A DNA stretch of 64,000 nt from Clostridia bacterium. GTDB taxonomy: Bacteria; Bacillota; Clostridia; Oscillospirales; Acutalibacteraceae. This document shows positions 18,449 to 27,834 of this stretch, piece by piece. The stretch is from the NCBI GenBank assembly GCA_017430965.1, contig JAFRLX010000123.1:8583-72582 (forward strand), written 5' to 3'. Each line of letters starts with the position of its first letter. The first letter of the stretch is position 1. Under the pieces are notes generated by a model. It was not told where the DNA came from, did not search any database, and was given only the letters and a program-made list of their open reading frames with translations. The position numbers were made by a program, and so were the translations under genes.

Positions 18449-18477
18449 GTGCTAATCGTAAGATTGGCACTTTTTTT
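18449..18477 (+). terminator. Rho-independent terminator after the zinc-ribbon gene
   Basis: GTGCTAATC-gtaa-GATTGGCAC (one G-U pair) followed by T7. Confidence 0.78.
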
Positions 18478-18598
18478 GTTTTGATACATTTTGTAAATGT
18501 GAATTTTTGAAGAATTTTGAAATAGTATCTATACAAATAACTGAAATTACTGTATAATATACTATAGATTAAATCTTAGTATAAGATTGGAGCTGTTT

Positions 18599-19846
18599 AT
18601 GGATTCTTCATTGTTAATTATTATCTTATTGGCGGCAGTTTTGGTACTGCTGGTGGTGTTGTTGATAAAAAGCTTCAGCAACAAAAGCGGCACACAGGAG
18701 CTTTCCGCGCTGTCAGGACAGGTCAAATCCATTGATGAAAGAATGGGCGATGAATTTCGCAGAAACCGCGAGGAAATCACCAATGCGCAGCGCGAAATGA
18801 GCGATAAAACCGCTCAAAAGCTGGAGCAAATGGGCGAAAAAATCAACCGGTTGACCATTACCAATATCGAGCAGCAAAACAAAATCAATGAAACAGTTTC
18901 CGTGAAGCTGGACACCTTGCAAAAGAGCAATGAGCAAAAGCTTGAAAAAATGAGAGAAACGGTGGATGAAAAGCTCTCAAAAACCATCAATGAACGGCTC
19001 GATTCTTCATTCAAACAAGTTTCCGAGCAGTTGGAAAATGTGTATAAATCATTAGGGGAAGTCAAAACCCTTTCCAGCGGTGTGACCAATAATATTTCCG
19101 CACTCAACCGCGTGCTGACCAATGTTAAAGCCAGAGGCACCTGGGCGGAAGTTCAGTTGGGAAATATTCTCGACCAAACCATTCCCGGAATGTATGAAAC
19201 CAACATTGAAACCGTGCGCGGCAGCGGTGAACGGGTGGAATTTGCCGTAAAGGTACCCGGCGAAGACGACTCCGTTACCTACTTGCCGGTGGATTCCAAA
19301 TTTCCGCTGGAGGATTATATCCGGCTGATGAATGCTACGGAAAGCGGCATCAAGGAAGAAATAGAGCTTGCGCGCAAGCAGCTTGAAAAGAGTGTTGAGT
19401 TGCAGGCAAAGATTATCACAAAATATATCAATGTGCCGCAAACCACACCATTTGCCATTTTGTATCTTGCAACGGAAGGGCTCTATGCCGAGATTGCTTC
19501 CTCGCGCACCGGCCTGGTTGAAAAGCTGCAAACCAAGTATAAAATCATGGTGGCAGGACCGAGTACGATTACGGCGCTACTCAATTCAATGGCAATGGGC
19601 TTTAAGACAATCGCAATCAATAAGAAAGCGGATGAAATTGCCCATTCTTTGGCAGCGGCAAAAACGCAGTACGGAAAATTCTCGGTGGTGCTGGATGCCG
19701 CATTAAAGCGCATTGAAGAAGCCGGTAAAAAAGTGGACGAAGCGCGCAAGAGAAATGTGCTCATTCAAAAGAAACTCAAAAAGTTTGAAGATTTGGAAGA
19801 AACGGAAGCCGAAAGCACACTGCAACTCGGCGAAGGTGAAGAATAG
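18599..19846 (+). CDS. rmuC: DNA recombination protein RmuC
   Basis: N-terminal TM helix, a long coiled coil, and a C-terminal RmuC nuclease-like domain (ARGTWAEVQL..VEFAVK.P). ATG 18599 lies 6 nt after GGAG. Confidence 0.9.
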   Translation: MDSSLLIIILLAAVLVLLVVLLIKSFSNKSGTQELSALSGQVKSIDERMGDEFRRNREEITNAQREMSDKTAQKLEQMGEKINRLTITNIEQQNKINETVSVKLDTLQKSNEQKLEKMRETVDEKLSKTINERLDSSFKQVSEQLENVYKSLGEVKTLSSGVTNNISALNRVLTNVKARGTWAEVQLGNILDQTIPGMYETNIETVRGSGERVEFAVKVPGEDDSVTYLPVDSKFPLEDYIRLMNATESGIKEEIELARKQLEKSVELQAKIITKYINVPQTTPFAILYLATEGLYAEIASSRTGLVEKLQTKYKIMVAGPSTITALLNSMAMGFKTIAINKKADEIAHSLAAAKTQYGKFSVVLDAALKRIEEAGKKVDEARKRNVLIQKKLKKFEDLEETEAESTLQLGEGEE

Positions 19847-19869
19847 AGCTGTCATAAGGAGAACGGGTT

Positions 19870-22308
19870 ATGCAATATGAAGCAATACTATCCAAACTGA
19901 GCTTAGAGCAAAAGGCTGCTCTGTGTTCCGGTAAGGATTTCTGGTATACCAAAGGTGTTGAGGAAGCGGGCTTACCTGAGGTGATGATGACCGACGGACC
20001 TCACGGCGTGAGAAAACAGCCCAATGGCGACATTAACGGTATCGGCGGCAGTATTCCCGCGACCTGCTTTTTGCCGGCTTGCACCAGTGCCGCATCGTGG
20101 GACAAAGGGATGCTCTACCGCATGGGGCAGGCACTTGGGGAAGAAGCGCTCAGTGAAAAGGTGAGTGTGCTCTTAGGGCCCGGTGTCAACATTAAGAGAA
20201 ACCCGCTTTGCGGCAGAAATTTTGAGTATTTTTCCGAGGACCCGTACCTTTCCGGTAAATTGGCGGCAAGCCTGATTGGCGGTATACAGTCAACCGGAAC
20301 GGGTGCTTGTATCAAGCATTTTGCAGCCAATAATCAGGAAACGAGAAGGCAAACCATCAGCAGTGTGGTGGATGAAAGAACTTTAAGAGAAATTTACTTC
20401 ACGGCATTTGAAATTGCAATTAAAGAGGCGAACCCCTGGGCAGTGATGAATGCTTACAATAAGCTCAACGGCACTTATTGCTCGGAAAACAGCTATCTTT
20501 TGAGCAAGGTGTTGCGCCGCGATTGGGGCTATAATGGGCTTGTGATGACCGATTGGGGTGCCGAGAATGACCGCATTGCCGGCTTAAAAGCAGGCGGCAA
20601 TTTAGAAATGCCTTACTCCAATGGTTTTAACGATGCAAAAATTGTGGAGGCAGTGCAAAACGGCACGCTCGATGAAAAAGTGCTCGATGCCAATGTTGAC
20701 AGGGTGATTGATTTTATCCTCAAAGCAAAAGAGCATAACCTGCATAAAATCCATGTCTACGATAAGCAAAAGCACCATGCGCTTGCCAGGAGTATGGCGG
20801 CAAATTCCTTTGTGCTGCTCAAAAATGAAGGCGGTATTTTACCGCTGCAAAAAGGGCAGAAGGTTGCCGTTATCGGTGAAATGGCGCAAAAACCGCGTTT
20901 TCAAGGTGCAGGCAGTTCCTTTATTGAGCCCACAAAGCTGGATAGCGCTATGGGAATCTATAAGACAGAATACGGCTATGAACCGAAGTATGCACAGGGC
21001 TACAGCTGCGACACTGATGTCACGGATGAAACGCTCTTGGCGGAAGCGGTTGAAGTTGCCGCAAAGGACCCCGAACGCAGGATTCTGCTTTTTGTCGGCT
21101 TAACGGATATCTACGAAGCCGAAGCTTTTGACAGAGACCATATGCGCTTGCCGGACAACCAGTCAGAGTTGATTGAGCGCGTTTGTGCTGTCAATGAAAA
21201 TGTGATTGTGATTTTGCATTGCGGTTCTCCGGTAGAAATGCCGTTTGCGCCTAAAGTAAAGGGAATTTTGTGCACCTATCTCGGCGGGCAGGCAGGCGCC
21301 GGTGCCGTGCTTGATTTGCTTTACGGCAAGCAGAACCCGAGCGGTAAGCTGCCCGAAACTTTCCCGCTGCGCTATGAAGATGTGCCTTCGGCTAAGTATT
21401 TTCCCGAGGGACCGCTGACAGTGGAATACAGAGAGAGCATTTATGTGGGCTACCGCTACTTTGATACTGCCGAAAAGGAAGTTCTTTTCCCGTTTGGATT
21501 CGGGCTTTCTTATACAGAGTTTGCATTTTCCGATTTAAAGCTTTCAAGCGAAAACATTCGCGATGATGACTCACTGACAGTCAGCTTTAAAGTCAAAAAC
21601 ATCGGGCAGAAAGACGGCGCTGAAGTCTGTCAGCTCTATGTCGGTATGGATGGCGGCAGACTCTTTAGAGCAAAAAAAGAATTAAAAGAGTTCACTAAGA
21701 TTTATCTTAAAGCCGGCGCGGAAAAAGAAGTGCACTTTGAACTGGATAAGCGTGCCTTTGCCTATTACAATGTCAACAGCGAGTCCTTCGAAGTGGAGAC
21801 CGGCAGATATACGGTCTATGTCGGCAATGCGAGCAATCATTTACCGCTGCAAAAGCAATTGCGCGTGACCAACACAACAGGCAACGCCACTCCGGATTAC
21901 AGTCAAAGCGCTGCGCATTACTATGGCGCCGATTTGGAAGAGCTGAAAACGGAGGAATTTGAAGCAATTTACGGTGCGGCGCTTCCTTCCAAAGAATATC
22001 CCGCTGATTATAAACCGGATTTGAACTATACCTTTGATGATATGCATGATACTTTGGGAGGCAGAGTGTTGTGCAAGATTGTTGCAAAAACCGCCGGCGG
22101 CATCGTTGGCGGTACCAAAGCCAATAAGAAAATGACAATCAGCATGCTGATGGCTTCTCCGCTCAGAGCAAGCGCTCTCATGAGCAGCGGGATGATGAGT
22201 ATGGAGATGGCACAGGATGTTCTTACCATGGGAACCGGCCATTTTTGGCGTGGTCTCGGGAAATTATTGGTGCATACCGTCACGAAAAACAAGAATAAGA
22301 AAAAGTAG
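19870..22308 (+). CDS. Glycoside hydrolase family 3 beta-glucosidase
   Basis: 812 aa with KHFAANNQE, the nucleophile region GLVMTDWGA, and a C-terminal Fn3-like domain. Confidence 0.92.
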   Translation: MQYEAILSKLSLEQKAALCSGKDFWYTKGVEEAGLPEVMMTDGPHGVRKQPNGDINGIGGSIPATCFLPACTSAASWDKGMLYRMGQALGEEALSEKVSVLLGPGVNIKRNPLCGRNFEYFSEDPYLSGKLAASLIGGIQSTGTGACIKHFAANNQETRRQTISSVVDERTLREIYFTAFEIAIKEANPWAVMNAYNKLNGTYCSENSYLLSKVLRRDWGYNGLVMTDWGAENDRIAGLKAGGNLEMPYSNGFNDAKIVEAVQNGTLDEKVLDANVDRVIDFILKAKEHNLHKIHVYDKQKHHALARSMAANSFVLLKNEGGILPLQKGQKVAVIGEMAQKPRFQGAGSSFIEPTKLDSAMGIYKTEYGYEPKYAQGYSCDTDVTDETLLAEAVEVAAKDPERRILLFVGLTDIYEAEAFDRDHMRLPDNQSELIERVCAVNENVIVILHCGSPVEMPFAPKVKGILCTYLGGQAGAGAVLDLLYGKQNPSGKLPETFPLRYEDVPSAKYFPEGPLTVEYRESIYVGYRYFDTAEKEVLFPFGFGLSYTEFAFSDLKLSSENIRDDDSLTVSFKVKNIGQKDGAEVCQLYVGMDGGRLFRAKKELKEFTKIYLKAGAEKEVHFELDKRAFAYYNVNSESFEVETGRYTVYVGNASNHLPLQKQLRVTNTTGNATPDYSQSAAHYYGADLEELKTEEFEAIYGAALPSKEYPADYKPDLNYTFDDMHDTLGGRVLCKIVAKTAGGIVGGTKANKKMTISMLMASPLRASALMSSGMMSMEMAQDVLTMGTGHFWRGLGKLLVHTVTKNKNKKK

Positions 22309-22347
22309 TGCTTAATCGCATATATTCTCACTAAAGGAGGTCTTGCC

Positions 22348-25300
22348 ATGAAAAAGAGCATATCAGTCTTATTAGCGGCAGTGCTCGTTTTTGCGTTGCT
22401 TATACCGGCTTTGGTTACCATGCCGGCAGCAGCGGAAATTGACCCGATACAGATAGAAATTTCGCAAGAGGAAGGTGTGCAGGCAATCTATGATGCACTC
22501 AATGAAGCGCACATGGATGCAAGCGAATCAACACCGTATGAAATCTTTGTCGGACCCGGTAACTACACCATGCGCACAGGGTTTCATATCTTTTCCAACA
22601 CCAGTCTTATTGCCGATAAAAATGCTCACTTTAAATTGTCGGCAAGCGATAATATGCTCAAGGTCGGCACCACCGGGTCTGACCCGATGAGCGGCTACGG
22701 CTACGAAAACATCAAGGTTGTCGGCGGCGATTGGGATGCCAACAATTTTGTGGCGACCATGTTTAAGTTTTGCCATGCTAAAAACTGTGTGCTTTATAAT
22801 GTGAATGCGCATAACTTAAAGGATGCGCATTTTGTGGAAGTTGCGGGTGTAGACGGCATCGATATCGTTGACTGCAAATTCTATGATATGCATGTTGCTG
22901 CACAAAACAGGGGCAGGGAAGCGATTCAAATCGATGTGCTGCATGCGGACCATATTGCCGGTTATGAGCATTTAAACGATGAAATTGATTACCTTTGCAA
23001 AAATATTTATATTAGCGGGTGCGAGTTTACCGGAGTCAGCCGCGCAATTGCCTCTCACACGGTAGTGCAAGGAAAGTATTTTGAAAATGTGGATATTATC
23101 GGCAACAAATTCAATAATACCGATGAAAAATCTATCCTTTGCTTCAACATGAAAGAATTGGTCATTAAGGACAATGTGATTAATGGTAATGATGTCGGTA
23201 TTGAAATTAAAACGATGGACAGTGCCGGCTCCGGCACCTACCTTTCGTATAATGACCGCAGCTATGATAACAAGGCAAATCCGGTTCATTTAGCCGCCGA
23301 GGTTTATAACAACACGGTTATTTCCAAAAACAACCATGCCATTCTTGTCAACGGTGTAAAATTAACCAAAGCGGTTGAACCCAAATATGACACTGTCAAC
23401 AAAATTTGGACCAACGACCGCGTGCCGGCAGGTGATTACTATGTGGAAGGAGTCACCATTCATGACAATACCTTAACCGCTTATGCAAAAATGTGCGCCA
23501 TTAAGCTCAAATATGCGCGCAATTGCTCTGTTCAACAGAACACTGTGACAGGCGCATCCACTGCAGAGTCACCGATTTATGTTTGCGATGGCAGCACCAA
23601 AACGGAAATCATCAACAATACGATTCTTTCAAGCGTGCTCAATGGTATTCGGGTCTGTAATTTTAATGCTGAAGCGACTTACCCGCAGGGAAATATCAGC
23701 CTTATCAGCGGCAATAGTGTTGCAGCAGTCAAAGAAAACGGCTACGGCATCAATGTTTCCGATGCGCTTGTCGGCGCGATTGACAATAACACTGTGGAAA
23801 AATCCGCCAATCTCGGCATCCAGCTGTATAAAAATGTGGAAGCGGTGACGGTAAACAGTATTTGCGGCAATGTCATTAAAAGCGCGCGCATCGGTATTAA
23901 GTCGGTGAATGCAAAAGCCGGCAATATGAATAACAACCAGATTGGTGCGACCACCTCTAACAGCATTCATATCGATGAAAAATCGGTTGTAGTAATGCTC
24001 AACAATAATACCATTACCAATGCGGGTGAATCGGCAATTGTTTTGCGCAATTCCACAATTACCGATATTGCCGATAATATCATTACTGCACCGAAGGGGA
24101 TGGGCATTTATGCTTGTGACGGCGCAGTTATAAAAGGAACGATTTCCGGAAATACAATTATGAGCGCCGGCACAAACGGTATCTGCACCAATAAAGTGAA
24201 TGTCAAAAACAGTATTACTGCTAATACAATTTCTGCACCAAAAGCAATGGGCATTTACTGTTACGGCGGCGGAACAGTGCAGAGCATTTCAGAAAACATC
24301 ATCAAAAATACCGGCAGTAACGGTATTTGTACCAATGGCGTAAATGTTAAAAGCATAGATAAGAATAAGATTTCCGCTTGTGGAGAAATGGGCATTTATT
24401 GTTACACCGGAGGTACTGTAGATGCTATAACCAACAATACGCTCAACACAACGAACAGTAATGGTATCTGCATCAATCATGTCACGGTAAAAAATATCAG
24501 TACCAATGCGATTTCTTCTTGTAAGGGAATGGGAATTTATAGCTATAGCGGTGCTTCTATCAACACGATTTCCTCTAATACCATTAAATCTACCACCGGT
24601 AATGCGATTTGTGCAAACAATGCGGTCATCGGAAATCTTGTAAAAAATACAATTATTACTTGTAATGGTATGGGTATTTTTTGCTATAGCGGCTCTAAAG
24701 TCGGTAAGATTTCAGCGAACACTGTCAGCAATGCAAAGGGCAATGCGATTTGCACGAGCAAAGCAACTGTCACCGGCATTGATTCCAATAAAATTTCCAC
24801 TTGCGGCGGCATGGGTATTTATTGCTACAACGGCGGCAGTGTCGGGAAAATTTCCGCCAATGTCATCAGCGGCGCAAAGAATAACGGCATTTGTGTGAAC
24901 ACAGTGGTAATCAAGAGTTTGGATTCCAATAAGATTTCCGGCTGCAAGGGCATTGGGATTTACATTAACGGCAACAGCACCAAGACACAGGTGAATGCCG
25001 TAAAATCCAATACGATTACCTCTTGTGTCAATTCCATTAAAATCATAAAGGGCTCAAAAGTTAATCTTTATGTCAATGCCGCATCCAAAAACACCGGCGG
25101 TAATGCCTATGTAATTAACGGTGCAAAGCAGTATAAGCTCGGAAATGTTGCCGCCGTAACGCCTGTCGCAAAAAAGTATGGTAAAACAGCACTGGTCGGC
25201 TGGACGAAGAAAGGCACGGTAACGGGCTACATGCTTTACCGCTCCACAAGTGCGACAAGCGGTTTTGCCAAAATTGCAACAGCCAAGGGAACGGCAAAAT

Positions 25301-25428
25301 CATTTATCGATAAGACTGTCAAAGCCAAAAAGACCTATTATTACCGTACACTACCTTACTTATCGGTACCCGGCAGTTATGTGGTGATATATGGAAATGC
25401 GGCACAATCAAAAGCAGTGAAAATGTAA
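22348..25428 (+). CDS. Secreted right-handed parallel beta-helix repeat protein (pectate-lyase-fold) with a C-terminal Fn3-like module
   Basis: 1026 aa. It has a signal peptide (MKKSISVLLAAVLVFALLIPALVTMPAAAE), many N-x-I/V beta-helix rungs, and a C-terminus GYMLYRS...KKTYYYRT. Confidence 0.85.
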   Translation: MKKSISVLLAAVLVFALLIPALVTMPAAAEIDPIQIEISQEEGVQAIYDALNEAHMDASESTPYEIFVGPGNYTMRTGFHIFSNTSLIADKNAHFKLSASDNMLKVGTTGSDPMSGYGYENIKVVGGDWDANNFVATMFKFCHAKNCVLYNVNAHNLKDAHFVEVAGVDGIDIVDCKFYDMHVAAQNRGREAIQIDVLHADHIAGYEHLNDEIDYLCKNIYISGCEFTGVSRAIASHTVVQGKYFENVDIIGNKFNNTDEKSILCFNMKELVIKDNVINGNDVGIEIKTMDSAGSGTYLSYNDRSYDNKANPVHLAAEVYNNTVISKNNHAILVNGVKLTKAVEPKYDTVNKIWTNDRVPAGDYYVEGVTIHDNTLTAYAKMCAIKLKYARNCSVQQNTVTGASTAESPIYVCDGSTKTEIINNTILSSVLNGIRVCNFNAEATYPQGNISLISGNSVAAVKENGYGINVSDALVGAIDNNTVEKSANLGIQLYKNVEAVTVNSICGNVIKSARIGIKSVNAKAGNMNNNQIGATTSNSIHIDEKSVVVMLNNNTITNAGESAIVLRNSTITDIADNIITAPKGMGIYACDGAVIKGTISGNTIMSAGTNGICTNKVNVKNSITANTISAPKAMGIYCYGGGTVQSISENIIKNTGSNGICTNGVNVKSIDKNKISACGEMGIYCYTGGTVDAITNNTLNTTNSNGICINHVTVKNISTNAISSCKGMGIYSYSGASINTISSNTIKSTTGNAICANNAVIGNLVKNTIITCNGMGIFCYSGSKVGKISANTVSNAKGNAICTSKATVTGIDSNKISTCGGMGIYCYNGGSVGKISANVISGAKNNGICVNTVVIKSLDSNKISGCKGIGIYINGNSTKTQVNAVKSNTITSCVNSIKIIKGSKVNLYVNAASKNTGGNAYVINGAKQYKLGNVAAVTPVAKKYGKTALVGWTKKGTVTGYMLYRSTSATSGFAKIATAKGTAKSFIDKTVKAKKTYYYRTLPYLSVPGSYVVIYGNAAQSKAVKM
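24082..25074 (+). repeat. Seven in-frame tandem repeats of 141 nt (47 aa; first copy 49 aa) inside the beta-helix gene
   Basis: Units start at 24082, 24229, 24370, 24511, 24652, 24793 and 24934. The consensus is IS.C.GMGIYCY.GG.V..IS.N.I....NGIC.N.V.VK.I..NK. Confidence 0.85.
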
Positions 25429-25441
25429 ATAAAGAATGAAA

Positions 25442-25472
25442 CAAAGGCAGTTTTTGACTGCCTTTGCTTTTG
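25442..25472 (+). terminator. Terminator after the beta-helix gene
   Basis: CAAAGGCAG-tttttga-CTGCCTTTG followed by CTTTTG. Confidence 0.7.
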
Positions 25473-25489
25473 ACAAGGATGGATAAACT

Positions 25490-26824
25490 GTGAACCAAAC
25501 GCCTCAAAAATCGAATCAAAAAACCTGCGCGGTTTGCGGCACCGTTTTAAGTGACGGTGCGCTGTTTTGCCCGAAATGCGGGCAAATCGCGCTCAATAAA
25601 ATGATTAGCTGTGCCAACTGCGGTGCAAAGCTCAAAGAATCGGATGTGAATTGCCCGCGCTGCGGTGTGAAGCTGGTGGGAAAACATATGCCGGTGGTTT
25701 CGTTTTATTCCGACGACAATTCCGCTGGCGGGAAAGGCGCTGTTCCTGCTGCGCCGGCACCCGCAAGCAACAGACCCGATTTGTACCGTGATGCGCCGAC
25801 AGTCGGCTATTTTGAGGAAGCCGAGCCGCAAAGTGTGCCCGCCGTGGCACTTTCTGCACAGAGTAAAGCGGCCCCGCCGGCGCCAAAACCCGCCAAAAAG
25901 AAAACCGCTTTGGTGTTGGTAATAACATTTTTGGTATTGCTCATTATTGCGGCGGTTGTGCTGCTTGCGATATTTAATAGCGAAGGGTATCGGCAAAAAA
26001 GAGCTGTGGAAGCGATTTTAAATAACGATGTAACACAAGCACAAGAGTATATTCAAAATCTCGATAATGAAGCAGTGCCGGCTCTTACGCAATACTTGCA
26101 GTTAACCCAAACCAAAACCGCTTTTTTAACCCCTTTTAATCAACGCTTAAACGGTACAAACGAGGTGTTGATAAAAAGTCAGGAGGACGAAATCTATACG
26201 GCGGCGCAACAATTTGTCAAAGAAGTAAAGGCGTTTTCCAACACCGAATATCCTGCGCTACTGCCCGAGCAGTTAGCGCTTCAGTTCAATCAGTATCTGA
26301 ATGTTGCCAACGGCATTGACGGTCATGGGCTGACACAAGAAGAATTATGCGACTGGCAAATGGTACTGATGGATTCTGTGATTAAAAACACAAGCGAAAC
26401 CTTTACCATGCAGCAAATGCAGGAAAACATTGATATTTCTCAACAAGCCTCTAACTCTTTAAACCTGCGCGTGAAAGCTGTGCCTTGTTTAAACAAAAAG
26501 CTGGTCGATAGTCAGAGCGTGGATTTGGTCACCTGCAATCGCTCGGAGCTGCAGGGATTTTTATCGCTGTTTCAACAAATGAATGCCTATGTTAAGAATG
26601 AAATTGATTTTCAATCAAAAAAGATTCAAAAGGATGTTGAAGAACAGGGGTGGCTGATGGATGATAAGCTTTCCCTGAACAAAAAAGATCCTGATTTCAG
26701 AAGAAACATCGGTACTGTTTTTACTCCCGTTGCTTCCCGCGCAGATATGCAGGTGAATGCGAATTTAATTTTGTTTAATCTCTATGCGGATGAATTGGGA
26801 ATGTATTTAAATGTTATCGGATAG
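25490..26824 (+). CDS. Double zinc-ribbon / single-pass membrane protein of unknown function
   Basis: GTG start after AAGGATGG. Two CxxC...CPxCG ribbons, a Pro/Ala-rich linker, a TM helix (ALVLVITFLVLLIIAAVVLLAIF) and a roughly 280-aa external domain. Confidence 0.75.
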   Translation: MNQTPQKSNQKTCAVCGTVLSDGALFCPKCGQIALNKMISCANCGAKLKESDVNCPRCGVKLVGKHMPVVSFYSDDNSAGGKGAVPAAPAPASNRPDLYRDAPTVGYFEEAEPQSVPAVALSAQSKAAPPAPKPAKKKTALVLVITFLVLLIIAAVVLLAIFNSEGYRQKRAVEAILNNDVTQAQEYIQNLDNEAVPALTQYLQLTQTKTAFLTPFNQRLNGTNEVLIKSQEDEIYTAAQQFVKEVKAFSNTEYPALLPEQLALQFNQYLNVANGIDGHGLTQEELCDWQMVLMDSVIKNTSETFTMQQMQENIDISQQASNSLNLRVKAVPCLNKKLVDSQSVDLVTCNRSELQGFLSLFQQMNAYVKNEIDFQSKKIQKDVEEQGWLMDDKLSLNKKDPDFRRNIGTVFTPVASRADMQVNANLILFNLYADELGMYLNVIG

Positions 26825-26941
26825 TTTTTTTACGCAATATTAGAATATGCATTGCTAAAAATGCACTTTTTTTGAAAAAATGCCTGTCATAAAGAAGGTC
26901 AACCCTAATCGGTGGTCTAACATCGCTCGGCATAGCTTTGG

Positions 26942-27550
26942 CTATGCCGATTTTTCTTTAGTTTCTAATAAAAATGGTTTCTTGAAATTGCCGCTACTGT
27001 AAAACTCTTCCAATTCATCTACACTCGGTTCATGAATAACACCAACGCCGTTGTAATGAATATCAAGTTCTAAATGCCTTACACCGTTTATTTTTACGGC
27101 TTTATGTACATCTATTCTTTCTATGAATTCATTAACAAATTCGGGCGTTAATGTTTCCACTCTGGTAATTCGTTTTACTTTGTTGATGAAAGCTTGCAAA
27201 TCGTCATACTTTTTGGTTTCCTCATTTAATTCTTCCGAAAGAATGGGGATTTGCGATTTCAATTCGTGCTGTTCACTTTCATAAGCTGAACTTAAAGTTG
27301 CAAACCGTTCATCACTGATTATCCCATTTGCGTTATTCTCGAAGAGTTTCTGTATTAAACCGTCAATTTCTTTAACACGTTTTTGCTTTTTTGCCAAGTC
27401 ATTTTTCTTTGCATTAAGAGTTTTTAAATTTTCGGAATGAAACTGTGCCATTTGTAATTTGGCAAATATTGTTTCATAGTTCGTCACAAAGCTAAACACT
27501 CTTCGCATGTTTTCAAGCACAAGCTCATATCCGGATACGGCACCTATCAT
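26942..27550 (-). pseudogene. C-terminal fragment (coiled coil plus DUF4368-like tail) of a large serine recombinase; the catalytic N-terminal part is absent
   Basis: ERFATLSSAYESEQHELK...LTPEFVNEFIERIDVH...ELDIHYNGVG resembles the C-terminus of TnpX/TndX-type large serine recombinases. The frame closes 6 codons upstream of the first ATG. No resolvase domain is present anywhere nearby. Confidence 0.7.
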
Positions 27551-27776
27551 TAAATTAGGGCAAGCTTACAGCAATGAGCTATCCAGAAGAGAAGTAGATG
27601 TGCTGCGCGAACTGACAAAAGGAAAGTCAAATAAAGAAATTGCCAGACAATTGGAAATCAGTGAAGAAACGGTGAACTTTCATATTAAACGTATTCTCAA
27701 AAAAACAGGCTTTCAAAATCGAACCATACTCGCTGTTGAAGCCAGGCGCCTCGGCTTTGTTATCAATTGGGAATAA
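27507..27776 (+). CDS. LuxR/GerE-type HTH ORF (possibly a truncated regulator)
   Basis: LSRREVDVLRELTKGKSNKEIARQLEISEETVNFHIKRILKKTGFQNRTILAVEA is a canonical LuxR C-terminal HTH. The only ATG (27507) lies antisense inside the recombinase fragment. Confidence 0.65.
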   Translation: MFSSTSSYPDTAPIIKLGQAYSNELSRREVDVLRELTKGKSNKEIARQLEISEETVNFHIKRILKKTGFQNRTILAVEARRLGFVINWE

Positions 27777-27792
27777 GAAATTTCAATACATT

Positions 27793-27823
27793 AAGAACCC
27801 CTGCCGAATCGGCAGGGGTTCTT
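27793..27823. terminator. Strong hairpin between the convergent LuxR-type ORF and the metallophosphoesterase gene
   Basis: AAGAACCCCTGCCG-aat-CGGCAGGGGTTCTT, a 14-bp perfect stem. Confidence 0.8.
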
Positions 27824-27834
27824 GCATTATGGTT

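Noticed and set aside
24082-25074. Regularly spaced 141-nt repeats that could be mistaken for a CRISPR-like array.
   Set aside because: The repeats are contiguous with no spacers, are in-frame inside a 1026-aa ORF and are only about 60 percent identical at the nucleotide level. They are protein beta-helix repeats.
26928-26950. The hairpin CGGCATAGC-tttg-GCTATGCCG plus ATTTTTC as a terminator for the zinc-ribbon gene.
   Set aside because: It is plausible, but it overlaps the stop codon of the recombinase fragment and lies 100 nt from the upstream stop. I could not decide whether it is a terminator or part of the element end, so it is not listed as a feature.
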